In this document: piece by piece, positions 39,784 to 49,397 of the stretch
Position numbering within the stretch: the first letter of the stretch is position 1
How the letters are laid out: each line of letters starts with the position of its first letter
NCBI GenBank assembly: GCA_963707985.1
Contig: CAVPRW010000031.1
Coordinates: 256,001-320,000, forward strand
Source: an uncultured Nitrospinota bacterium
Lineage (GTDB): Bacteria; Tectomicrobia; Entotheonellia; J063; CAVPRW01
Length of the DNA stretch: 64,000 nt
Direction: 5' to 3'
The notes under the pieces: generated by a model
The model's database searches: none
Told to the model about the DNA's origin: nothing
Seen by the model: only the letters and a program-made list of their open reading frames with translations
Position numbers and translations under genes: made by a program

Positions 39784-39962
39784 TGGTTAGTCCTCCATGG
39801 TGTCTTTCATCTGTGTCATTAATAGTTCTCGTCAGCGCCGCACCCCTGCTCAGCAGCGTGACACGCCGCACCAACCTCTCTCGTCCTCTCCTGGGTTCCT
39901 CCTTGCGGTCGACGGATGCGTCGTCCTCACCATTCGTTCTCTCTTTCCAATCATGTATGACT

Positions 39963-40030
39963 AATGTACTGCCCACGCCCGGGGCCGTCTGTGAGATTCC
40001 TGCGCAAAATGTTGGAATCTTGCTATAATC
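39963..40030 (-). promoter_or_regulatory. Conserved 68-bp module, copy 3 (upstream of the CsbD-YqjD operon)
   Basis: GATTATAGCAAGATTCCAACATTTTGCGCAGGAATCTCACAGACG-N17-TACATT. Confidence 0.85.
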
Positions 40031-40666
40031 GGGCAGGGAGAGACTAGACAGCCGTAGGGGTAGGCTCGCTACCGGGCCACGAGGGACGGGACCTCCTGAT
40101 CAACAACTCGGAGGGGAGCGCGTCGGTAGTATCCTCAGTTCGAAATTGTCAACAGGTTAATACGCCCCGTTTCGCTCAAACACAACAAGTCAAGTAGGGA
40201 ATTTGTGTGCTGACATGTTGACATGTTGTACTGGGCGACGTGTAGGCTACTCCCACATCTGAGCCGATCCATAAGTGGCTAAGAATGCTGGTCAAGGATT
40301 TTGGTTGTGGGAGTCACAAGAGTTGCCCTAGACGTTCAAGAGAGTTGAAGGGCTCTCCGCATAGCCTTGTCTGCCCCGCACGTGCCTCCGCTGCATTCTC
40401 AGGAATCGCATTACGCTGCCTCAGGGCTCAACTTCTTGGCACGGCCAGGACCGCTCTCAGAGTGCGGCGGGTTCCTGTGCCCCAAAGCTTCGGATAATTC
40501 CCGTGACTTTGCCCGAATAGCATGCGTATACTCGGCGCGCTCCGGCGATATGCTGTGAGGAGGGCACGGCCCATGATCCCTTCAATATTCATCAAGAATC
40601 GGAAGTCAGATATATCAGACGAGAGAGGCATGAACTATCCACGGGGTTGAGGAGGAGGATGCAGCG

Positions 40667-40831
40667 ATGGAATTACTACTTATTGTTGTGGTCATCATCC
40701 TATTGTTTGGGGGCATCGGCACATGGCCGAGCTTTGGGTATCATCAGTACGGCTACGGACCCAGTGGCCTCCTCTTCGTCATCGTGATCGTTGTCCTCAT
40801 CGTCTTTCTGCTCCGCCGGCGCCGACTCTAA
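40667..40831 (+). CDS. DUF3309-like small membrane protein (54 aa, absent from the ORF track)
   Basis: MELLLIVVVIILLFGGIGTWPSFGYHQYGYGPSGLLFVIVIVVLIVFLLRRRRL; GGAGGAGG upstream. Confidence 0.75.
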   Translation: MELLLIVVVIILLFGGIGTWPSFGYHQYGYGPSGLLFVIVIVVLIVFLLRRRRL

Positions 40832-41135
40832 GGGGGGAGCAGCAACGGACCCAGTCTGCCGCGGCATGGGAGTGGTAGTGGTCCTCGCGGTCATGGGGTT
40901 GGTAGCGCTATTTCGGCGCTGGGGCCGACAACCGCCAGAGGGGTGAATGCGGGGGCGTCTGGATCCTCAGTCTAGACTCTTGTGTCTCAATGGACGGGTT
41001 CTTCATCACATCTTACAGGTTGCTCCTTAGGCTCGGGGCGTAACTGTTGGAGGCCCCACGCTTAGGGCAACCCGCTGATGTTTGGGGCAACAGCCCATTT
41101 TACGGCAAAGCAGCCCTCAGGATAGGAGCGTAGCA

Positions 41136-41516
41136 ATGCTGGTGCAACATCTCCTGCAAGCCATTGCAGAGCGTCTCCATAGGAGCTCATCGATTCACAC
41201 GATCTATGGCGCCCCGATCGAGACGCAGGGGAAGACCCTGATCCCCGTGGCGAAGGTCTCCTACGGCTTCGGCGGGGGGGCGGTGGGCACGAACGACCTC
41301 GACTCTGCGGACAAGCAGCCGCCAGGGCATACCGTCGAAGGAGGTGGCGGAGGAGGCGGTGTTCGCATGATCCCGCTCGGCATGGTGGAAGTAACCCCGC
41401 AGCAGACCCGATTTCTCCCGTTTGGCGGTGGCAAGCGAATGCTTGGAGCCTTAGCGGTAGGCCTTGTCGTAGGACTCTTGCTGGGAAGAAGGTATTATCG
41501 AAAGGCCCTCAGTTGA
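41136..41516 (+). CDS. GerW/YtfJ family protein
   Basis: IYGAPIE..GKTLIPVAKVSYGFGGG...GGGGGGGV...PLG.VEV; AGGAG RBS. Confidence 0.85.
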   Translation: MLVQHLLQAIAERLHRSSSIHTIYGAPIETQGKTLIPVAKVSYGFGGGAVGTNDLDSADKQPPGHTVEGGGGGGGVRMIPLGMVEVTPQQTRFLPFGGGKRMLGALAVGLVVGLLLGRRYYRKALS

Positions 41517-41768
41517 GCATCGAATGCCTCCATGATGTGAACATTAAGTCTAAATGAGGACACTGTCAGCGCGCCCACGAGCTTGACAATTCAGCGCGTG
41601 AGGTGAGCACACGACAGTCCGGAAGAACCGCCCCGATCATGCTTTCCCGGTTCGACTGTTCAGACCAGGGCCGGCTCATCCCCCAGCAACACCGCGAGCC
41701 CTTCCCACTGCGGCAGGTGCTTCACCAGTTTTAGGCTCCCTGCTGCTGATTACGTTACTCGTGTGCCA

Positions 41769-43235
41769 TCAAGCGACCGCTTTCGGCTTGTTGATTGGGA
41801 GGCCGAGTGCCTTAGCGACTCCTTGACCATAAGCCGGGTCGGCCTTCGTGAAGTGTTTCAGTTGTCGTTCGATGATGAACTGTGGCACTCCCTGCATCGC
41901 CGCCGCGATGTTGCGGAACAACCGCTGCTTTTCATCTGTAGGTAGCAACCGGTAAAGATTGCCAGCCTGCGTGTAATCATCGTTGCCGAGGCGGTGATCG
42001 TACCGATCTGCTTCGCCGGAGATGCGCAGGGGCGGTTCTTTGAAACGTTCATCCTCCACGGGGCCACTGAAGCTATTCGGTTCGTAGTTGACAGACCCGC
42101 CGCCATTGCCGTCAAAGCGCATCGCGCCATCGCGGTGGTACGTGTGCGCCTCCGTCGCATGTGGACGATTGACCGGAAGGCTTTCAGCATTGACGCCGAG
42201 CCGATAACGATGCGCGTCGGGGTAAGACAGGATGCGCGCTTGCAGCATCTTATCAGGGCTGAAAGAAATGCCCGGCACAATGTTGGCGGGCGCAAAAGCG
42301 GCTTGCTCAATTTCGGCGTGATAGTTTTCCGGGTTGCGGTTGAGTTCGAGGACGCCCACCTCCATCAACGGATAGTCCTGGTGCGGCCAGACCTTTGTTA
42401 AATCGAAAGGATTGTATGGTGTATGGTCCGCCTCGGCCTCCGGCATGATTTGGACGTAGAGCTGCCACTGCGGATAATCGCCTCGTTCGATAGCAGAGAA
42501 CAAGTCGCGCTGCGCGCTTTCGCGGTCAGCACCGATGAGCTTCGCGGCTTCTTCGTTGGTCAGGTTCTCAATGCCCTGCATGGTCTTGAAATGAAACTTG
42601 ACCCAGAACCGTTCGTTCGCCGCATTGATGAAACTGAACGTGTGACTGCCAAAGCCATGCAGATGGCGATAGCCTCTGGGCAGCCCGCGATCACTGAAGA
42701 GGATCGTCACCTGATGGAGACTTTCCGGCGAAAGCGACCAGAAATCCCACATCGCGGTAGGACTGCGGAGGTTGGTTTGGGGATCGCGTTTCTGTGTGTG
42801 GATGAAGTCACTGAACTTGAGCGGATCACGGATGAAGAAGACCGGCGTATTGTTGCCCACCAGGTCCCAATTGCCTTCTTCGGTGTAGAACTTGACTGCA
42901 AAGCCACGTACATCGCGTTCGGCATCGGCCGCGCCGCGTTCACCGGCGACGATCGAGAAGCGCATAAGCACCTCAGTTTGCTTGTCTATTTGCGAGAAGA
43001 GCTTGGCCTTCGTGTAGCAGGTGATATTGTGCGTCACGGTGAAGACGCCATGAGCTCCCGATCCTTTGGCGTGAACCACTCGTTCCGGCACGCGCTCACG
43101 GTTGAAGTGCGCCATCTTCTCGACCAGATGGAAATCCTGCACCAGGAGTGGGCCACGTGGACCAGCCGTCAGCGAATTCTGGTTATCACCTATCGGGCTG
43201 CCCGACTCAGTGGTGAGACTCTGTTTGTCTGACAC
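41769..43235 (-). CDS. katA: Monofunctional heme catalase (small subunit)
   Basis: [38 protein letters not shown], proximal [14 protein letters not shown]. Confidence 0.96.
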   Translation of the reverse strand: MSDKQSLTTESGSPIGDNQNSLTAGPRGPLLVQDFHLVEKMAHFNRERVPERVVHAKGSGAHGVFTVTHNITCYTKAKLFSQIDKQTEVLMRFSIVAGERGAADAERDVRGFAVKFYTEEGNWDLVGNNTPVFFIRDPLKFSDFIHTQKRDPQTNLRSPTAMWDFWSLSPESLHQVTILFSDRGLPRGYRHLHGFGSHTFSFINAANERFWVKFHFKTMQGIENLTNEEAAKLIGADRESAQRDLFSAIERGDYPQWQLYVQIMPEAEADHTPYNPFDLTKVWPHQDYPLMEVGVLELNRNPENYHAEIEQAAFAPANIVPGISFSPDKMLQARILSYPDAHRYRLGVNAESLPVNRPHATEAHTYHRDGAMRFDGNGGGSVNYEPNSFSGPVEDERFKEPPLRISGEADRYDHRLGNDDYTQAGNLYRLLPTDEKQRLFRNIAAAMQGVPQFIIERQLKHFTKADPAYGQGVAKALGLPINKPKAVA

Positions 43236-43379
43236 AGTTTTGCCCTTTCTTTACGGTGCATTGTTCACCTGAGATCTGACATACAGCGGAGTGCTGAGCC
43301 CTGCTGCTACTTTCAGAGACCGCTCTGCTTTTTCAAACTTCCAGATGGTCAGCCTTCACCCTAGACGAGGGAGGCGGCC

Positions 43380-43725
43380 ATCTCTTGCCATTCTTCTGCC
43401 GGTTCTTGAGGCGCTCGATTTGTCGATGTTGGCTCTCAATCTCGCGTGCCTGTGTGGTGAGCTACCGCTCCTGTCCTTCCGACCCACGGTCCTACTTCTG
43501 TAACTGGTCGCCGACCAACAAGCCACCGCCTGCGCCCAGTGCGCCGCCGATTACGGCGCCTGTTCCTCCACCGAGCAGCGCACCGGTACCGACACCAACG
43601 CCTCCACCAATGAGCATCCCCTTTTCGCGTGTGGTCAAGGGCGTGGAGCAACCCACCAAGGTTACCAGCAAAGCACCGCCCGCGACTCCTATGATCCCTT
43701 GACGAAACCGCCGATATTTGGTCAT
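43380..43725 (-). pseudogene. Glycine-zipper lipoprotein with two in-frame TAG codons (43494-43492, 43464-43462)
   Basis: Lipobox LVGC and glycine zipper, then GDQLQK*DRGSEGQER*LTTQAREIESQHRQIERLK coiled coil; true end uncertain. Confidence 0.65.
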
Positions 43726-43910
43726 CTGTTGCTTCTCCTTCTGTGAGAAGATGTGCTTCTGCAGCGTGATGCCTCCGTAGTGGCCGTGTCTTGCCCGTCA
43801 TAGTTCAAGGCGGAGCGAGAAAGACCTGGCCGGATGGGCTGGCTCTCCGTCTTCCTCGCCCCTGGCAGCCTACGCGCATCCCGTGGTGGGACGGCGGGGG
43901 CTGGAACCGG

Positions 43911-44102
43911 TCAGGCGTCCTTCACCTTCTCCACGGCCTTCGCTACGGTTTCCTTGACCTTTTCCGCCACCCTCTCCGCTGTTTCCTTCACTTCCCCTAC
44001 CACCTGATCGAGCTTCCCCTCGTTCTTGAGGTTGTCGTCATCCGTAAGCACCCCTACCGCCTCTTTGATGCGCCCCTTGATCTGGTCGATCTTGCCACTC
44101 AT
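43911..44102 (-). CDS. csbD: CsbD-family stress protein (paralogue 2)
   Basis: MSGKIDQIKGRIKEAVGVLTDDDNLKNEGKLDQVVGEVK. Confidence 0.9.
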   Translation of the reverse strand: MSGKIDQIKGRIKEAVGVLTDDDNLKNEGKLDQVVGEVKETAERVAEKVKETVAKAVEKVKDA

Positions 44103-44246
44103 GATCTTCCCCCTTGTGTGCCCCCAGGCGGCCGCGCGTGCGGTCACCTCGGGTGGTTGTGCGGCGCTATGCCGCGTGACCGATGAGGCAGCGCCCTTCA
44201 GCCACTGCCTCTCTTCTGTAGAATCCTCCGGCTTGGTCAAGCGCCC

Positions 44247-45299
44247 TCATGCCGGAGTGGCGGCCGCGAGGTGCAGATCATCCTTGACCGCCCGCACGCC
44301 CGGGATCGCACGCGCGGCCATCGCCGCCTCTAGGCGCCGCGCCCCGTTGGCGACGGTCCCTGTCAGCCGCACGACACCATTCTTCACTTCCACGCCGATG
44401 TCCTTGAACGCCGCGGTCTCAAAGGCCTGCTTCACCGCGCGCGCCAGCTCCTCGTCGCGCGCCTTCACCGCGGCCTGCTTCGCACTCGCCACCACCTGCA
44501 GGTCGTTCACCACGCGCGTCACGCCGCTCACCTGACGGGCATCGGCCGCAGCGGCGGCCTTGGCTTGTTGCGAAGGCACGATCCCGAAGAGCGTGACAAC
44601 TCCCGCCTGCGTATCCACATTGATGTCGAGCGCCGGCGTCTGGCTGTCGGCCAGCAAGCGCATTTTCGTCTCTGAGGTGATCCACATATCGCTGGCCGCC
44701 TCTCGCACGCCGTGGGCCTCACGGGGCTGGTGCGGTGTGGGCTCACGCCAGATCTCCGCATCGGCCAGGGTGTCGGGGCTGTGGACCTCGCTGGCGACCC
44801 GCCGGACGCCCGGCACGCGGGCCACCACCTCCACGGCACGCCGGTGTGCACTCAAGGTCGGCGCCGTGCCGGCCAGTCGCACGACGCCCTGGTTGACGGA
44901 CTGCACGGCGATCTGGCTGTTCTGGAGGGAGGGATCAGCCCGCAACGCTTGCTCGACCCGTGGCTTCAGGGCGTCATCGGACACCTGCACGGCCTGCTCG
45001 CGCGGTGGGGCCGCCACCTGGAGCAGGTTGCGCACGCCCGTCACCCCGTCGATTTGCTGGGCCACGGTCGCCGCTTTCGCCTTCTCCCCGGCGGAACCCA
45101 CCTTGCCGTATAAGGTGACCCGGCCGAGGACGGTGTCCACGTGGACGGCCGTCCCGCTGACGCCCTCCGTGGTCAGGAGGGCCAGCTTGGTCTTCGTGGT
45201 GATCCAGGCGTCCGGCATGGCCGCTGCGGCCGGCACAGCCAGCGCGACGCCGAACACGACGGCGAGCACGCTGGACTTGATCCATGATGTACTGTACAT
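44247..45299 (-). CDS. Multi-BON-domain (OsmY-like) periplasmic protein
   Basis: Signal peptide; four BON repeats (DAWITTK.KL.L...V.V.T..G.VTL.G......A...A..V.GV..V.N.L). Confidence 0.9.
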   Translation of the reverse strand: MYSTSWIKSSVLAVVFGVALAVPAAAAMPDAWITTKTKLALLTTEGVSGTAVHVDTVLGRVTLYGKVGSAGEKAKAATVAQQIDGVTGVRNLLQVAAPPREQAVQVSDDALKPRVEQALRADPSLQNSQIAVQSVNQGVVRLAGTAPTLSAHRRAVEVVARVPGVRRVASEVHSPDTLADAEIWREPTPHQPREAHGVREAASDMWITSETKMRLLADSQTPALDINVDTQAGVVTLFGIVPSQQAKAAAAADARQVSGVTRVVNDLQVVASAKQAAVKARDEELARAVKQAFETAAFKDIGVEVKNGVVRLTGTVANGARRLEAAMAARAIPGVRAVKDDLHLAAATPA

Positions 45300-45418
45300 A
45301 ATGTGTCTCCTGTGTATGAAGCGTTTGTAGTGACGTGCCTGTGCGACGGACGAGTGGAGTGGCCTGATCCCGCGAGAGCACTGAGACAGGCGAGACACGG
45401 CTCCACTCGTGCCTGGGG

Positions 45419-45486
45419 AATGTACTGCAAGCGTCCCACGCCGTCTGTGAGATTCCTGCTCAAAATGTTGGAATCTTGCGACAATC
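45419..45486 (-). promoter_or_regulatory. Conserved 68-bp module, copy 4 (upstream of the BON-csbD genes)
   Basis: GATTGTCGCAAGATTCCAACATTTTGAGCAGGAATCTCACAGACG-N17-TACATT. Confidence 0.85.
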
Positions 45487-45975
45487 GGGCTGCCGGGGGA
45501 CAGAGGGAGCAGAGACCCTTGCCACTAGAGCCTCCAGCCTTGCTGGCCTTGATGGGGATCTATCTGTTTCACTTTACGGTCTTGTGGGAAATACTCGGGG
45601 AGGATGCTTAGCGGCAATCCACTCACGCCTTAGGCCTCTCGATTCTGCCGGGCCTGGAAGGGGAGTACCGGGTCGCGGCATTTCGTTTCGTTGAGAGGAG
45701 AGGCAGCCCACCGGCCTTCTAGCGAGATGGGGGCACCATCGACGCGTACTGGAAGGCCGACGCGAATCTGCTGGACCCGTCGGCGGACGTCCAGCTGCCT
45801 GAGTCCCAAGTGGCAGGACGCGCGGCGTCAACCTATGGGCCAGCGGTGATTTAGCGAAGGAAATCGTAACGCTGCAGGCGCTCGTGGCGTGGTTGGAGAA
45901 TGCTAAGCAGGAGGAGGTGCGTACCTGGATGCGGTCCGGGACAGTCCCTACTCCTGGTCGACTGGGACCTGGCCT

Positions 45976-46332
45976 TTAGGCTGCTGAAGACGCCGGAGGT
46001 GTGGGAGATGCCGTGTCAGCACGATGCGAGAAGATGTCCTCCATGAGCCTCATCCCTTGGGATGTCATCCCGATCGTTTGCTGATGGGTCTGACGTTGCG
46101 CGTGGTCCATCACCGTACGACCCACCGTAGTCATCCGAGGGACGTCGGTCAGTTCCACAAACCCTTCCCGTTCGAGCGCGCGTTGGATGCCTTTCGTCAC
46201 ACGTTCCTCGAACCCCAGGGCATCAATCAGCGTCTCATAGGGGACTCCCTGGCGCGCGTCTCCTGCACTGCGTGTGTAAAGTTCGTAGAGGAACGCCATA
46301 CGGTCCTGCTCCATCGCTTTGAATGCAATCAA
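45976..46332 (-). CDS. Hypothetical protein, possible winged-helix fold
   Basis: R..FLYELY.......GV....L.D.LGF.........LEREGFVE...IGMT..G pattern. Confidence 0.5.
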   Translation of the reverse strand: MIAFKAMEQDRMAFLYELYTRSAGDARQGVPYETLIDALGFEERVTKGIQRALEREGFVELTDVPRMTTVGRTVMDHAQRQTHQQTIGMTSQGMRLMEDIFSHRADTASPTPPASSAA

Positions 46333-46532
46333 TGCAGTCTCCTTCTGGTGTCATCGTGTCCAGCCCGCCCCGATGATGGTTCCAGGAGCGGGCTGTAAGG
46401 CAGGACGTCATGTCTAGCTTGGGATGGCCTCTTCCTATTGGACAACGTAGCGTAAAGCCACCCCCTCTGCCCCGATTGGGACACCATCCGCAAGTTGCCA
46501 GGGCCAGGCCGATGGCGGTGGTCCGCACCGCG

Positions 46533-46724
46533 CTAGCCTGCTGCAGACGGGCAGGTAAACATCTGATACTCGTCGATCAGGCTCGTCCACGCCCCGTCAC
46601 TAAACCGATGGCCGGCCCCGTGCATGTCCGTAAGGGACAGCTCCAGCACCGTACCTTCCGCCGACTCCACCACAAGCACGATGGGCGAAGTTTTGTACAC
46701 CGCGAGCACTTTTGCAATGGTCAT
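46533..46724 (-). CDS. Small hypothetical protein
   Basis: 63-aa ORF with GGAGGG RBS, co-oriented downstream of hsp20. Confidence 0.45.
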   Translation of the reverse strand: MTIAKVLAVYKTSPIVLVVESAEGTVLELSLTDMHGAGHRFSDGAWTSLIDEYQMFTCPSAAG

Positions 46725-46874
46725 GGGTGGCACCCTCCACTTCTCACGAATTGTCGTATTCACGAGGTCCTCACACCCCACAAACACCTCACCACCCCGC
46801 CGCCTCACTAGACACGGCGGGGGCTGTCCGTCCTGTACCTCACACCCCAGCGGCCGTAGGTCCCCGCGCCACCG

Positions 46875-47321
46875 CTAGACAGTGATCGGAATCCCCTGCG
46901 GTCGGGCCGCGTCACGTTTAGGCAGCCGTAAGGCGAGCACACCATTCTTATACGTGGCCTGGACCTGCGCCTGATCTACGATCGAGGGCAGTCGAAAGGC
47001 ACGCTGGAAGGCGCCATAGCGGCCTTCTTCCCGCTGGTAATGTCCTCCCTTGATGGCCGGTTCGCGTGTGCGTTCCCCGCTCAGCCTGAGGGTATGCTCG
47101 TGGAGCTCAACGCTGATAGCATCCGTGGCGACCCCCGGTAGCTCCACCTCAAGGACGAGCGCGTCGTCCGTCTCATAGATATCAACCGGAGGCTCCCAGG
47201 TGCCAGTCACCTCGGCGCCCCCATGGCCGCGATCATTCTCAAGGGCGTGACGAAACAGATGATGGATCTCCTCAGGCATCGACATAAAATTTCTGGATGG
47301 ACTCCAACGTACGAACGTCAT
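46875..47321 (-). CDS. Hsp20/alpha-crystallin small heat-shock protein
   Basis: W.PPVDIYET.D......ELPGV, L.LSGER, YG.F.R.F.LP..VD...V.ATY.NGVL.L.LPK. Confidence 0.93.
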   Translation of the reverse strand: MTFVRWSPSRNFMSMPEEIHHLFRHALENDRGHGGAEVTGTWEPPVDIYETDDALVLEVELPGVATDAISVELHEHTLRLSGERTREPAIKGGHYQREEGRYGAFQRAFRLPSIVDQAQVQATYKNGVLALRLPKRDAARPQGIPITV

Positions 47322-47703
47322 ACCTCTCCTTCTCGGTCTGCACTACTCCTGCGCGAAGATCCTGGTAGGTCCAAGCCCAGCCGCGCGTCACTTTCTGAGT
47401 TGCTTCACACATTACTATACTTCATGAGTGTATAAATATCAAGAAAACTATGCATGTAATACTACTATAAGACTAATGATACGCTGTGCACCTCTCCACA
47501 GCGAGCCCCTCCTAAGGAGCAGGCGGGAGCTCTATGTGACCAAAGAGCTCGTCTCAAGATAGCTCTAGGACCGTTGAAGAGATACCTTGCTGTCGTCGAA
47601 AAGCCTTCCCAATGTATTGCTTTTAAGGTTTTTTATGGTATTCTATAGAGCAGTATTAATGTATTCTCTCAACTAACCTCTAAATAGAGTTCAGGAGGAT
47701 GAC

Positions 47704-48066
47704 ATGAGCCCTGCAAAGACGCCCACGCAATTGCGGTTGACCCAGGATCTGCTCGAACGCGCTGATGCCCTTATCGAGGTCATGGCCGCGGACCCAGAAG
47801 TCCGGGCCTTGGGCATGCCGACACGCACAGCAGTGTTGCGCTTGGCCATTGCCCGCGGCTTGCGGGACCTGGAACGCCAGTACCAACCACCAGCGCCGGC
47901 CTATGCGTCGGGGCCCCATTTCCCTACCATGCCCCATGATGCGACTGCCCGCTCACGCGAGGGGACGCTCTCGCACGTGTATGCGGGGCGTGACGGTGAG
48001 GACCAGGAGACGAAAGCGCCGCATAACGGGTCCGGCGTGTCTGCACCCGCACCGAAAGCACGGTGA
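47704..48066 (+). CDS. RHH-like DNA-binding protein
   Basis: TQLRL.QDLLERADAL...TRTAVLRLAIARGL..LE; AGGAGG RBS; AT-rich upstream region with repeated GTATT. Confidence 0.6.
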   Translation: MSPAKTPTQLRLTQDLLERADALIEVMAADPEVRALGMPTRTAVLRLAIARGLRDLERQYQPPAPAYASGPHFPTMPHDATARSREGTLSHVYAGRDGEDQETKAPHNGSGVSAPAPKAR

Positions 48067-48323
48067 TGCGTATGGGCCGATGGCAACCGAGTATTGTGAT
48101 TGATGTGCAGATGTTGGTGACCCAGGCGGCCAACGTTGCCATCATGGAACGTGAGATGGGACACCCGCCACGGATTATCCGTGCCCCAGATGCATGTTAT
48201 CTCTTTCAGGCGCGCGATGAAGAGCGGCTGCCAAGCTTGGTGGACCGCTGGGAATCCTATGGCATCGCGGCTCAGGTAGTCCTGGTTCCTCCTGGGGGTG
48301 GGCCTGAATCCCGTCAAAGATAG
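48063..48323 (+). CDS. Hypothetical protein
   Basis: GTGA overlap with the upstream RHH-like gene. Confidence 0.45.
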   Translation: MMRMGRWQPSIVIDVQMLVTQAANVAIMEREMGHPPRIIRAPDACYLFQARDEERLPSLVDRWESYGIAAQVVLVPPGGGPESRQR

Positions 48324-48576
48324 GCAGTGACCCCAGAAGGCCAACAGCTGGGGTGATCGGCAGATCGGTCCCTGCATCACGCACAGTATCAGAGATTACG
48401 TCAAGACGGGACACGACCACGCAGCGGATACGCTGAACCATGCAACCGAAAAGCTTGCTGACACGATTACCGAGGCTGGGCAGATGCGGAACAATGCCGC
48501 CGAAGAGCCGAGGACACTACATTCAAGGTGGTTCCATGGATGGCGGAGGCATACATCGCAAGGGAAGGAGAGTCTC

Positions 48577-49092
48577 ATGCAGAACTGGCATAACGCACTC
48601 CCACGCTGGGACGACGGGCCTCCAGCCTGGCAACCCCAGCCAGGCGAGGTCCTGGCTGGGGTGATCGACCGCTACACCATCAGCGATACCCCCCAGGGAC
48701 TGGTCCGGACGGTGATTTTGACCGAGGCGCGGACGGGAGAGCAGGTCAGTCTGCGCCTGGCCTCAAGGTGCTTGCTGTCTTTGTTCGCGCAGTATCAGCC
48801 CCACCCTGGAGAACGGATTGATGTACGCTACCGGTGGAATGCCCCGGACCATGGTTATCAGCGGTGGAGGCTCCTCATGGACCGCCCAGAGGCGCTTGAT
48901 TTTTCCCCGTTGGGTGGGGAAGCATCCGACGAGGCGCCTTGGCACCGACAGCCGCGCAGATATAGCGTCGTCGCCGCATCGCCGCCTTACACAGTGGACG
49001 GGCAGCTCAGCCAGCGCGCCCCACACTCCCAGCGTACAACTCGCCAGACGCGGCTGAGGATGAAGCCTAGGACAGCCACCAACCCGGGCTGA
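48577..49092 (+). CDS. Hypothetical protein resembling phage/plasmid OB-fold ssDNA-binding proteins
   Basis: W.P.PGE.L.G.I.......T..G....V.L....GE.V.......L...F....P.PGERI.VRY......GY..WR pattern; AAGGAG RBS. Confidence 0.5.
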   Translation: MQNWHNALPRWDDGPPAWQPQPGEVLAGVIDRYTISDTPQGLVRTVILTEARTGEQVSLRLASRCLLSLFAQYQPHPGERIDVRYRWNAPDHGYQRWRLLMDRPEALDFSPLGGEASDEAPWHRQPRRYSVVAASPPYTVDGQLSQRAPHSQRTTRQTRLRMKPRTATNPG

Positions 49093-49397
49093 ACAGCGAT
49101 GCTGCAAGGGGCACGCGGCGGCAATACACGTGCCTGCGCCCCGCAGGCAGTCGCGGCAGGGAGGTAAACGCGCGTTTAGACCTCACCAATGGCGTAAGCT
49201 CGTATGGCCCACCCTGCCTTAGTGCCAAGCATGGAACACAGCTTTAGGCTATACATGGCTCTTCGCACCATACCTGCCCATATCAACCTCGGCGCTCGTG
49301 GCAGCTCACCCCGAGTGGCCATTAGGGATTCGCGGGGCGGTGGTAGCCGGGGTGACCAGCGTTGGTTTTTGCACGACCCGGCACTGGACCATATTCC

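Noticed and set aside
40210..40230. Tandem TGACATGT repeat as a recombination or operator site
   Set aside because: Only two copies, and no associated recombinase or regulator can be assigned.
2418..43494. Stop-codon reassignment (TGA or TAG readthrough) suggested by in-frame stops
   Set aside because: Many intact genes here terminate normally at TGA or TAG, and long conserved genes such as metH and katA contain no internal stops.
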